A stretch of DNA of 64,000 nucleotides from Bacteroidota bacterium (GTDB lineage Bacteria; Bacteroidota; Ignavibacteria; UBA10030; CAVZMI01): NCBI GenBank assembly GCA_050011775.1, contig JBEKIL010000003.1, forward strand, positions 230,853 to 294,852, in the 5' to 3' direction. The first letter of the stretch is position 1. Each line of letters begins with the position of its first letter. Of the stretch, positions 20,041 to 29,143 are shown one piece after another. The notes beneath the pieces are model-generated. The model was not told the origin of the DNA. It was given only the letters and a program-made list of their open reading frames with translations, and searched no databases. The translations under genes and the position numbers were made by a program.

Positions 20041-20349
20041 TTTATGAAAGCAAAAAAGAATTATCAGGTGAATGCCTAAAAACATCGGTTCCGGAGATGC
20101 TGGCCAAGATTGTGGAAAATCATCTGACAACACTACGCGGCGGATCGAAATAGAAGGAAAAAGATAAAAAAGAAATTGCATATAATTGCCTAAATTTGTA
20201 TACATTCGTATTATTCGACCCGCACTGAGCGGATTGTTGGGCGAAGTTGAAGGAAAATCGTGCCAGTCGAAGTGTTATCTGTTTTCTTTTTTTCTTACAA
20301 ACTGGTTATATTTATAAAGAGGAATTCATCCGAAGGAGGTCATATATAA

Positions 20350-21414
20350 ATGTTTGTCAACGCACGATTCTTAACGAAGAGGATAACAGGCCTCGAACGA
20401 TACGCTATCGGTGTTTCTCTCCGTTTAAAAACTTTGTCACCCGAATCGGAATTTATCGCGCCACATGATATTATACACAAGGAACATGCGCGTACCTTGG
20501 GTGTGAAGACTGTGGGATACTCGACCGGTCATGTATGGGAACAAACCGAACTTCCCGTGTATCTCACCACCAAAAAAACGCCGCTCCTGCTGGGTTTGAC
20601 CAATACAGGCCCGCTGACATATACAAATCAAGTCGTGGTCATCCATGATCTTGCATTTCTACGTGAACCGGGATGGTTCTCAAAGAAGGCTGCGTTATCG
20701 TTTAAATATCTTGTCTCGGGTGTGGCAAAAATTGCACGGCGTATTATCACGAACAGCGAATTTACAAAAAAAGAAGTGGTTGAACTTCTTGGAGTCGCGC
20801 CTGAAAAAATATCTGTCGCATACCCTGCAGTCCCTGAAAATATTCTTCGCCTGGCTGCGGTACCACATGAGAATAAATACGGCGATTATATACTCACACT
20901 CTCCTCTCTGGATCCGCGGAAAAATCTGAAGAGTTTGATTAAAGCATACCGTCAGCTTGAGCTACGGGATGTAAAATTGGTCGTTTCAGGGGGGGAAAAT
21001 CAGGATGTATTCGGGAAACATGCATTTGATCTGCGGGCTATAACAAAGGAAGATGCAAATATTCAATTTACAGGATATTTGAGTGATGATCAGATCGTGG
21101 GTCTCTATCAAAATGCCCGCCTGTTTGTCTATCCATCGCTCTATGAAGGATTCGGCTTTCCGCCGCTCGAAGCAATGGCATGTGGTTGTCCTGTAGTTGC
21201 CTCAGAATCAAGTTCACTCCATGAAGCATTGGGATCAGCAGCACTCTATTCCGACACGCGGGATATCAACAGTCTGGCCGATACCATATCAAAAGCTTTG
21301 AACGAGCCGAAAACGGTACGTGCCGGCGCCCGGGCCGAACAGGTAAAGAAATTCTCCTGGGAGAAAACAGCGACAGCAATCCTGGATGCGGTGAAGATGA
21401 TCGAGAAGAGTTAA
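20350..21414 (+). CDS. glycosyltransferase family 4
   Basis: 'YPSLYEGFGFPPLEAMACGCPVVASESSSLHEALG'. SD GGAGG 7 nt upstream. Confidence 0.8.
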   Translation: MFVNARFLTKRITGLERYAIGVSLRLKTLSPESEFIAPHDIIHKEHARTLGVKTVGYSTGHVWEQTELPVYLTTKKTPLLLGLTNTGPLTYTNQVVVIHDLAFLREPGWFSKKAALSFKYLVSGVAKIARRIITNSEFTKKEVVELLGVAPEKISVAYPAVPENILRLAAVPHENKYGDYILTLSSLDPRKNLKSLIKAYRQLELRDVKLVVSGGENQDVFGKHAFDLRAITKEDANIQFTGYLSDDQIVGLYQNARLFVYPSLYEGFGFPPLEAMACGCPVVASESSSLHEALGSAALYSDTRDINSLADTISKALNEPKTVRAGARAEQVKKFSWEKTATAILDAVKMIEKS

Positions 21415-21467
21415 TCTCGAAGGGAATAAATCAGTCAGCATATTCTAAGGAAAAGGAAAAATTAAAT

Positions 21468-21556
21468 CCTTCGACTCGCACTACCTTCCTTCGACTCGTA
21501 CTACCTTCGGTAGTACTCGCTCAGGATAAGTCGGTAGTGCTTGCTCAGGACAAGAA
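21468..21556. repeat. compound direct plus inverted repeat hairpin element upstream of nadE
   Basis: 'CCTTCGACTCGCACTACC' (21468-21485) and 'CCTTCGACTCGTACTACC' (21488-21505), followed by 'GGTAGTACTCGCTCAGGA' and 'GGTAGTGCTTGCTCAGGA'. GCACTACC pairs with GGTAGTGC and GTACTACC pairs with GGTAGTAC. Confidence 0.7.
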
Positions 21557-21707
21557 TTAAAAAGTAAGAAGTATTCATTCGCCAGGGAATGTCATATATT
21601 TTTTAAAGAACGACTAAACACTTTTTCTTTTTCCTTTTTCCTTTTTACTTCATCAACAGCCATTGAGAAGTTGTAGCTACAGCCATTGAAAAGGGAAATA
21701 TCAAACG

Positions 21708-23360
21708 ATGCGCGTCGGACTATTACAACTGAATTTCGTCGTTGGTGATCTTGAAGGAAATGCAGAAAAGATTGCCAGCGCGGTGAAAAATACTCTCGGG
21801 GGGAAGGCCGACCTGTACGTTACCTCGGAGCTTTCGCTTCTGGGCTATCCCCCGCGCGACTTGTTGTTACAGAAAAGCTTTATCGAGCGCGGACTGCGGG
21901 TTCTGGAAGAACTTGCACGTAACGTGGCCAATGGACCGCCGGTACTGGTGGGGACGGCAATTCCCAATACCAGTCTGGCAGGCCGGCCTCTTTTCAACAG
22001 CGCCGTTTTGCTGCATAAGGGAAGAGTGGGTGTGAGTTTTGCAAAAGCCCTTCTTCCTACTTATGATGTATTCGATGAGGATAGGTATTTCGAGCCGTCA
22101 CAATCACCCGGGATCCTCATTATGGAAAGATTACGAATCGGTGTAACGATCTGTGAAGACATCTGGAACGATAAAGATTTTATGTCGCACCAGCTGTATG
22201 TCAGCGATCCAGTTGAACAGATCATGGAAGCAGGTAACATCGATTTCTTTGTTAACCTTTCCGCCTCTCCCTTTACGGTCGGAAAACAATCTTTTCGTGA
22301 ATTGATGTTCTCCAGTATTGCAAAAAAATATAAGGTTCCGATCATTTATGTAAATCAGGTGGGTGGGAATGACGATCTCGTTTTTGATGGTCGAAGCTGC
22401 ATCTTCGATCGGGAAGGTGTGTTGATTACCCGGGCGAATTCATTTAAAGAGGATGTCATCATCGCCGATGTCACGAAACGTGGCAGGGTGGAAGAGGATG
22501 ATTTTACGCCCGAATCAGAAATCTGGCGGGCACTGGTTCTCGGGACCCGTGACTACGTCCATAAATGCGGATTCAAGAGCGTTCTGGTGGGATTATCGGG
22601 AGGGGTCGACTCGGCGTTAACAGCGGCTATAGCTGTTGAAGCTGTTGGAAAAGAAAATGTCCTCGGTGTTATGATGCCCTCCCCATATTCGAGTGGGGGA
22701 AGCATCGATGATGCGACCGAATTTACCCGACGGTTTGGGATTCGTACAATAACACTTCCGATTGTTTTAATCATGGGTGCGTACGCGACAACATTAAAGG
22801 AAGTATTCCGGGATTATCCGGAGGATGTCACGGAAGAAAATATTCAATCGCGAATCCGGGGAAATCTTCTGATGGCTCTTTCAAATAAGTTTGGTTCACT
22901 TCTTTTAACGACGGGAAATAAATCGGAGCTGGCAGTCGGGTATTGTACGATCTATGGCGACATGTCGGGCGGACTCGCCGTTATTGCCGATGTCCCCAAG
23001 ACAATGATCTATCGGATAGCCCGGTGGGTGAATCTGACTAAAGGACATCTGATCCCAGAAGAAATCATTAAGAAGCCGCCGTCGGCCGAGCTTCGGCCAA
23101 ACCAGACCGATCAGGATAGTCTGCCGCCTTATGATATTCTTGACGAGATTCTTCAACGCTTTATTGAATTACATCAAGGGTATGGAGAGATTATCAGAGC
23201 TGGATTCGATCCGGAGATTGTCAACAAAGTTCTTCATCTCGTTCGTATCGCAGAATTCAAACGAAGGCAGGCTGCCCCGGGATTGAAAGTCACAGATCAG
23301 GCGTTTGGTACCGGATGGCGGATTCCTATAGCGCGTGCCGATCATGAGAGGATTTTCTGA
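21708..23360 (+). CDS. nadE: glutamine-dependent NAD+ synthetase (nitrilase-like glutaminase domain plus NAD synthetase domain)
   Basis: Nitrilase triad context ('YVTSELSLLGY', 'KALLPTYDVFDE', 'IGVTICEDIW'); PP-loop 'LVGLSGGVDSALTAAIA'; 550 aa. Confidence 0.9.
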   Translation: MRVGLLQLNFVVGDLEGNAEKIASAVKNTLGGKADLYVTSELSLLGYPPRDLLLQKSFIERGLRVLEELARNVANGPPVLVGTAIPNTSLAGRPLFNSAVLLHKGRVGVSFAKALLPTYDVFDEDRYFEPSQSPGILIMERLRIGVTICEDIWNDKDFMSHQLYVSDPVEQIMEAGNIDFFVNLSASPFTVGKQSFRELMFSSIAKKYKVPIIYVNQVGGNDDLVFDGRSCIFDREGVLITRANSFKEDVIIADVTKRGRVEEDDFTPESEIWRALVLGTRDYVHKCGFKSVLVGLSGGVDSALTAAIAVEAVGKENVLGVMMPSPYSSGGSIDDATEFTRRFGIRTITLPIVLIMGAYATTLKEVFRDYPEDVTEENIQSRIRGNLLMALSNKFGSLLLTTGNKSELAVGYCTIYGDMSGGLAVIADVPKTMIYRIARWVNLTKGHLIPEEIIKKPPSAELRPNQTDQDSLPPYDILDEILQRFIELHQGYGEIIRAGFDPEIVNKVLHLVRIAEFKRRQAAPGLKVTDQAFGTGWRIPIARADHERIF

Positions 23361-23395
23361 AGTAACCCGATAATGGAATAATTTTATTTGACTAG

Positions 23396-24208
23396 TTGTC
23401 GAGAGTGATAATTCTGAATACACGACAAAAAAATCATCGCCGCCCGTGGCTTGCCGCCTTTATCTCCTATCGGGATATTATTCGTGAATTTGCAGTTGCC
23501 GACTTTCGACTCAGGTATCATGATTCGGTGCTGGGGTATGTCTGGTTTTTGTTGAGTCCCGCACTGATGTTCAGTATATATTATCTTATTTTCACTAGGG
23601 TAATATTTGTCAGAATTCCGGATTATGCTCTGTACTTATTGCTCGGAATCATAGGTTATAATTTTTTTAAAGATTGCACATTCAGCGCAATGTACAGTTT
23701 GCATTCAAAAGCATCCATCATTAAAAAAGTCTATTTTCCCCGTTACCTGATTGTGTACTCGTCCACGCTCACGGCTTTTTTCTCGCTTTTTGCAAATTTT
23801 TGCATTGTGTTGACTGTATGCTTTATTATCCATGGTGTTTCGCCGCTTGTTTTCCTGATTCCTATTCCTGTAATCTGTCTGATTCTTTTTTCAGCGGGAG
23901 TAGGTTTTTTGCTGACGATACTTTATGTGCACTTCCGGGACCTCGGTCAAATCTGGGATGTCCTCGTACTTGCAATTTTTTGGATTACGCCTGTCGTCTA
24001 TAATATTGACGCCCTGCCGGAATCAACCCAGATCATCGTATTCCTGAATCCACTTGCACGGATTTTCATGCTCTTTCGCCATTACCTTTTATATGATTAT
24101 TTCGATCTCCGATTTTTGCTGATAACAATCGGTATTTCCCTGTTGATATATGTTGTTGGATTTTATGTATTTCGAAAATATCAGGACCAGATAGCGGAAT
24201 ATATTTAA
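23396..24208 (+). CDS. wzm: ABC-2 type polysaccharide/O-antigen export permease (Wzm/TagG/KpsM family), pair 1
   Basis: 'RDIIREFAVADFRLRYHDSVLGYVWFLLSPALMFSIYYLIF', 6 TM, ~260 aa. Confidence 0.8.
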   Translation: MSRVIILNTRQKNHRRPWLAAFISYRDIIREFAVADFRLRYHDSVLGYVWFLLSPALMFSIYYLIFTRVIFVRIPDYALYLLLGIIGYNFFKDCTFSAMYSLHSKASIIKKVYFPRYLIVYSSTLTAFFSLFANFCIVLTVCFIIHGVSPLVFLIPIPVICLILFSAGVGFLLTILYVHFRDLGQIWDVLVLAIFWITPVVYNIDALPESTQIIVFLNPLARIFMLFRHYLLYDYFDLRFLLITIGISLLIYVVGFYVFRKYQDQIAEYI

Positions 24209-24220
24209 TCGGTATAAATC

Positions 24221-24943
24221 ATGATCGTTCTGGACGACATAACAAAGATATTTAAGATACCGCATGAGCGGAAGAGAACACTCTATCATCGGTTGGTTTC
24301 AATCGTGAAAAGACGATATGATTTTGAACCGCTCCATGCACTCCGCAATATTTCACTCTCTATAGCCGACGGAGAATTCATCGGAATCATCGGGAGAAAT
24401 GGATCCGGGAAGTCGACGCTTCTCAAAATAATTTCACGGATTTATTGCCCGAGCAGCGGAAAAGTCCATGTGAAAGGTGATGTATTTCCGATGTTGGAGC
24501 TGGGCATCGGTTTTCAACCGGAATTCTCATGTCGCGAGAATGTCTTTCTTCAGGGTGTGGTGCTCGGTTTCACGCGAAAAGAAATCGTGAAACGGTTTGA
24601 CGAGATAATTGCGTATGCAGAATTGGAACGATTTGTCGACGCCAAATTGGGCACACTGTCTTCGGGAATGCTTATGAGACTGGGCTTTTCGATCGCCGCG
24701 CAGTCTGATGCTTCAATTTTTCTTGTCGATGAGGCTTTTGCCGTCGGCGATCGGGCGTTCGGTGCTAAATGCGAACAGAAGTTCAGGCAATTCAAATCGG
24801 AAGGAAAAACGGTCTTACTTGTTAGTCACGATCTTCACACAGTTCAGCATTTTTGCTCACGGGTGATTGTTCTTCAAGACGGACAAATCGTCAATGAAGG
24901 AGATCCGCAAGCAATGATCGCCTGGTACAGCGCAAAATTATGA
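24221..24943 (+). CDS. wzt: polysaccharide ABC exporter ATP-binding protein (Wzt/TagH-like, short form without C-terminal binding domain), pair 1
   Basis: Walker A 'GIIGRNGSGKSTLLKII', signature 'LSSGMLMRLGFSIAA', Walker B 'IFLVDEAFAVGD'; 240 aa. Confidence 0.85.
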   Translation: MIVLDDITKIFKIPHERKRTLYHRLVSIVKRRYDFEPLHALRNISLSIADGEFIGIIGRNGSGKSTLLKIISRIYCPSSGKVHVKGDVFPMLELGIGFQPEFSCRENVFLQGVVLGFTRKEIVKRFDEIIAYAELERFVDAKLGTLSSGMLMRLGFSIAAQSDASIFLVDEAFAVGDRAFGAKCEQKFRQFKSEGKTVLLVSHDLHTVQHFCSRVIVLQDGQIVNEGDPQAMIAWYSAKL

Positions 24944-25163
24944 CGGTAAGGAAGATGGAAATTATGTGTCCGTACGGGCTTATGGATTATTTTGATTAAA
25001 AGAGATTCTTTGAGAACCAGAAGTACCCAATATCTTTGACCAGCCAAACAGAACCAGACATGAATGGCTAAATTTTTTCTTCTGCCGCGGCAATGCCCTT
25101 TGCCATCCCGGCGTCCTTATCCGCAGGGAGTGTTATGAAAGCTGCAGTCTTTACAGGTTAGGG

Positions 25164-25691
25164 GTGGCCCAAACCGGCGATTTTGATATGTGGGTGAGGC
25201 TTTGCCTGAAATATGAAATTCGTGTGCCACCCGAAAAGCTGGTGCGCTTTTGCGTGCTTGCCAATGAAGCCAATGCGAGTGGCAGCAGGCCTGAATCCCG
25301 CATCCGCAGCACAATGGAGTTATATAGCCTTATTAATAATTATCCGGCGATAGAATCATTTGAAAAGATGGTTGCCGTATTTCCTGAAGCAACCAAATAT
25401 TATCGGGCAGACGGCCTTGATCTGAAATTTGTTCTTGTAATAGTCGCGCCTGAAAAGAAACCCTTCCCTTTTACCAGTTTTTTCGGCATTGAACTGCTGT
25501 TTGAGACGATTGCTGATCCTGCTCGCGCGAAAGCAATTAAAGACATTTATGAATTTGATTATTTCGATTTGATCAATCTTACAGGAAAGCATGATGGCTT
25601 TTCTTTCGAACGCTTATTTTCTAATAATCAGTCACTTTCTGGCGAACGAGCAACTGTCGATAAAATAAAAAAGCATTGGCAGAATCTCTAG
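25164..25691 (+). pseudogene. C-terminal fragment of a GT2 glycosyltransferase (N-terminal catalytic half missing)
   Basis: Begins inside the conserved GT2 C-motif 'GDFDMWVRLCLKYEIRVPPEKLVRFCVLANEANASGS' (compare 'EDYDLWLRL...PE.LV.YR.H..s.S'). No DxD-containing N-domain in any frame upstream (24944-25163). Confidence 0.5.
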
Positions 25692-27280
25692 ATGCGAAGC
25701 GTTCTATAGGAGAATGTTTGCAGCGTCAATCTTGTCATATTTCGTTTAGGAGGGTTGCTTTGCCAATTGCCAAGAAAATATTTTTTCTTATTTTAACAGG
25801 ACGGATTTTTAGAGCGTGGCAATTGCTTAATTCCTATGTCGCCGTTCGCCGTGCCGACTTATTTGATCCAATTTATTATCTGGAACAATACAGAGACGTT
25901 TCGTCCGCACATATTGATCCGATGCTTCACTATCTTTTAAGTGGGAGTTCTGAGCGGCGTAATCCAAGTGCACTTTTTGATACTGCTTTTTATGTTGAAC
26001 AACACCCTGAGGCGGGAAAAAAGGGCACAGACCCATTGCTTCACTATATTCGACATGGTCGGGACGCCGGCTTCAATACATTGCCGAAGCTTAATCCGTC
26101 CTCATCCGAAAAGACAAATCCTCGATCATTTTCTTCTGTCCCGCATTTATATCCTCCAAGGATAAGCATCATTATTCCCACGTATAACGGCGGTCCGTTA
26201 TTTAAAAGCGTGCTCGATGCCATTTCCGATCAGGACTTTAGAGGATCGCGGGAGTTGATCGTTGTTGATTCCGGATCCACCGATGGTACAGATAAACTTG
26301 CCGAGCGTTACGGAGCCATTGTCAAACGTATTTCCAGGGAAGAGTTTCACCACAGTCGCACTCGTCAATGGGCTTTATCTTTTGCGCAATTTGACCGTGT
26401 CGTGTATATGGTTCAAGACGCAATTCCAGTTAATAAAACATGGTTACAGGCAACCAATAGCGCTTTAGATGAAAAGGTTGCTGCGGCTTATGGGCGTCAA
26501 ATCCCCCATAAAGACGCAGATCTTTATGCACGTTTCGAAATTGAAAGACATAGTGAATATCTGGGCAATGTTTCCCGTATCCAATGTCTTCCACCTGAGC
26601 ATCGCGAATTTTCATATAAGGATGAGCTTTACCGTTATCGTTTTGACAATGTATGTTCTATCTTTTGGCGTGAAGCACTTGACGAAATTCCGTTTCCAGA
26701 TACTCCATACGCCGAAGACATAGCGTGGGCCCGAACTGCAATACGTAATGGGATAAGCATACGGTATGCTCCGGAAATTCAAATCTATCATTCACATAAC
26801 CGTTCGCCTGATTATCGATTTAAGCGGGCAATAGTCGATATAGTTATGTGCGCCAAGATTCTAAATAAGCTTGAGCAGGATTTACGGCCTGCCGGAATAT
26901 CGGAAATCAAGGGATTAGAAGAATCTTGTAAACAGCTACTTGCCGAGAAAATGTTAAAATTTGATTCTTTCTCACGTCCACGTATCAAGTCTTTTAAAAA
27001 GACTTTTTTTGAACGAGTTTTTGCTAAGCGCTTGAAATATATTGGTAAGCCCGGTTCTCAAATTGTCTCCATTGTAGAATCTCATGTTGACTTTTTATTA
27101 GATTTAATTGCCCAACGGTACACCGAAGCGACTGATACCGAAATCCGCGGATGTATTCCTCATGTCATTGCAGTATCGCAGGGGGCAATAATTGGGCAAA
27201 TCTACGCGAGTTATCTTCTTAACGATGGGGTGCCTGTAGAATTGGAAGAATATGTCCGACCTTTAATGACGGGGGTGTAA
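25676..27280 (+). CDS. GT2 glycosyltransferase with N-terminal tandem 'FDxxYY...DPLLHY..G' repeat region
   Basis: Repeats 'LFDPIYYLEQYRDVSSAHIDPMLHYLLSGSSERRNPSALFDTAFYVEQHPEAGKKGTDPLLHYIRHG', then 'ISIIIPTYNGGPLFKSVLDAISDQ', 'ELIVVDSGSTDGTDKLAE' (GT2). Confidence 0.75.
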   Translation: MAESLDAKRSIGECLQRQSCHISFRRVALPIAKKIFFLILTGRIFRAWQLLNSYVAVRRADLFDPIYYLEQYRDVSSAHIDPMLHYLLSGSSERRNPSALFDTAFYVEQHPEAGKKGTDPLLHYIRHGRDAGFNTLPKLNPSSSEKTNPRSFSSVPHLYPPRISIIIPTYNGGPLFKSVLDAISDQDFRGSRELIVVDSGSTDGTDKLAERYGAIVKRISREEFHHSRTRQWALSFAQFDRVVYMVQDAIPVNKTWLQATNSALDEKVAAAYGRQIPHKDADLYARFEIERHSEYLGNVSRIQCLPPEHREFSYKDELYRYRFDNVCSIFWREALDEIPFPDTPYAEDIAWARTAIRNGISIRYAPEIQIYHSHNRSPDYRFKRAIVDIVMCAKILNKLEQDLRPAGISEIKGLEESCKQLLAEKMLKFDSFSRPRIKSFKKTFFERVFAKRLKYIGKPGSQIVSIVESHVDFLLDLIAQRYTEATDTEIRGCIPHVIAVSQGAIIGQIYASYLLNDGVPVELEEYVRPLMTGV

Positions 27281-27478
27281 TGAATGATCGCTCCCCGGAA
27301 AAGTGGATACACAAAGAGTCTGTGATGGCATGAAAGCCATGCCCAGCATGTGGTGATGTCCAACAGAAGGGTGATGTGTCGGTTTGAATATGCGAAATGT
27401 ATTACAATCGCAGAAGGTCTCATTTATGAATAGGGGAAGGTCAACACACAATTTTGTAAATCAGAGGGCCTCAAGCCC

Positions 27479-28882
27479 GTGCCAGAATCATTTTGGGTAC
27501 GATGTATGGCGAAATTAAAGTTATTATGGACAGTTCTTCTTTTAATGAAAAGACCTGTCAGCAACATAAAAAAAACGATCGATAAGTCATTAAGGGGCAC
27601 TCGTTTCTACCGTACCAAGGCTCCTATTGAAAGAACAACTATGGGAGCCGAAATAAAAACAAATGGAAGCACATTTCGTGGTTCTACCTCCATTTTATTT
27701 ATCGGACATGATGCCTTGCTGGCAGGAGCGCAAGTTTTACTTCTTAGTTTAATCAAATGGCTTAGCGAAAATACGGGGATAGAAATTAAAATAATACTTC
27801 TCCGTGGCGGTGTGCTTCTTGGCAGGTTTAAAAAAATTGCACCTGTTTTGATATGGAAAGATTTTATTGGCAAATATCCTGACGAAGAAAAAAGGAGAAG
27901 GATCTTAAATAAATTTGTCGGAAAGCCTGATTTGATTTATGGAAATACCGTGCTTTCATCAGCTATTTATGATGAGTTGAAGTATCTTCATGTTCCTTAT
28001 GTGACGCATGTTCATGAGCTTGAAAAGTCGATAGAAAGGTATGTTGAAAAAACCACTATTGAAAAAATGCGACTATTTACCCATAACTTTATCGCTTGTT
28101 CGAATCCGGTCGGATTGAATCTGAAAAACAATCACAATATTGACCCTGGAAAAATCACAACGATTCACGAATTCATAGAAGAGAGGGAAATAGATTTCAC
28201 TCATCCCAAGAAAGATCTTCAAAAAAAACTGGGCTTAATTAAAAACGGATTGATTGTTCTTGGTTGCGGCACAATATATTGGAGGAAAGGTGTTGATCTT
28301 TTCATTGAAACCGCCTTGATTTTAAAACGAAAAGGCCTCTCAAACTTCCATTTTTATTGGATAGGAGAACAAGTTTGGGATTCAGATCCTGCCTCTCAAA
28401 TGATTTGTTCCTGGGATGAACTCGAACTCAAGATGCTTCATAATGGACTAAAGAGCCACATTACTTTCCTTGGAGTGAAAGATAATGTCTTTGATTATTT
28501 CCTTGCAGGTGATCTGTTTTATTTGCCTTCCAGGGAGGATCCATTCCCACTGGCTTGTCTTGAAGCGGCTCAATGCAGTATTCCTGTTATTTGTTTTAAA
28601 AATGCAGGGGGAATGCCCGATTTTGTCGAAGATGACGCGGGGTTTGCTGTCTCCTACGAAGACGTCAATGAAGCGGCCGAAAAAATAATTTACTTGAATA
28701 ACAATCGTGGCAGATTAAGAGAGCTTGGTGCGACAGCAAGGGAAAAATTTCTTTTACGCCATCGTTTGGATATCGCCGCTCCTAAAATTCTCGATTTTTG
28801 CCAAAAAGTTGTAAACCTGCAACCGGCTATTTCAACTATCGTCCCGAATTGTAATCGCCAAAAGTACTTCGAAAAAAAATGA
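27479..28882 (+). CDS. glycosyltransferase family 4 (start uncertain; possibly ATG near 27644)
   Basis: 'ILFIGHDALLAGAQVLLLSLIKWL', 'GDLFYLPSREDPFPLACLEAAQCSIPVICFKNAGGMPDFV'. Confidence 0.75.
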   Translation: MPESFWVRCMAKLKLLWTVLLLMKRPVSNIKKTIDKSLRGTRFYRTKAPIERTTMGAEIKTNGSTFRGSTSILFIGHDALLAGAQVLLLSLIKWLSENTGIEIKIILLRGGVLLGRFKKIAPVLIWKDFIGKYPDEEKRRRILNKFVGKPDLIYGNTVLSSAIYDELKYLHVPYVTHVHELEKSIERYVEKTTIEKMRLFTHNFIACSNPVGLNLKNNHNIDPGKITTIHEFIEEREIDFTHPKKDLQKKLGLIKNGLIVLGCGTIYWRKGVDLFIETALILKRKGLSNFHFYWIGEQVWDSDPASQMICSWDELELKMLHNGLKSHITFLGVKDNVFDYFLAGDLFYLPSREDPFPLACLEAAQCSIPVICFKNAGGMPDFVEDDAGFAVSYEDVNEAAEKIIYLNNNRGRLRELGATAREKFLLRHRLDIAAPKILDFCQKVVNLQPAISTIVPNCNRQKYFEKK

Positions 28883-28923
28883 AACGGTTTCCTAAATAAG
28901 ACATTCAAATGCGTATGGTGAAA

Positions 28924-29001
28924 GACAGTCTATTTATAGTAATCAGGGATTGATTGGGACTGTTCTATAAAAGTTAATTACGGGACAGACTATAAATGTC
29001 C
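28924..29001. promoter_or_regulatory. three copies of a GACWGWCTATWWA motif; the last lies in a GGACA-N9-TGTCC dyad
   Basis: 'GACAGTCTATTTATAG' (28924), 'GACTGTTCTATAAAAG' (28958), 'GGACAGACTATAAATGTCC' (28983-29001), all in the 223-bp gap before the methyltransferase genes. Confidence 0.3.
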
Positions 29002-29143
29002 GTGGTAATGGCGAAGCCCTGGGTGATTATAAATATATTGCCGATGCTGTATCGACACTATCTGGATATCTCGAGTTTCGCTTGAAGAAGGTGTCGCTCG
29101 CACCGTGAAGTGTTGGTGTTCGAAAAAGGGAGAAAGGCGATAT

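Noticed and set aside
19834-20153. Listed ORFs 19834-20079 and 19926-20153 as real small proteins
   Set aside because: They overlap the gmd N-terminal remnant in other frames and show no motifs; most likely out-of-frame readings through a decayed gene.
20190-20197. 'TAAATTTG' resembling a Bacteroidetes-type sigma-AB -7 box upstream of the GT4 gene at 20350
   Set aside because: Many genes here carry canonical GGAGG Shine-Dalgarno sites, which argues against a Bacteroidetes-style expression system. Single-motif matches in AT-rich DNA are expected by chance.
21708-23360. NadE-like protein as a uronamide-forming amidotransferase for the glycan
   Set aside because: Domain order, length and motifs fit a canonical glutamine-dependent NAD synthetase. 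Known sugar amidotransferases are AsnB-like. Kept only as a low-probability note.
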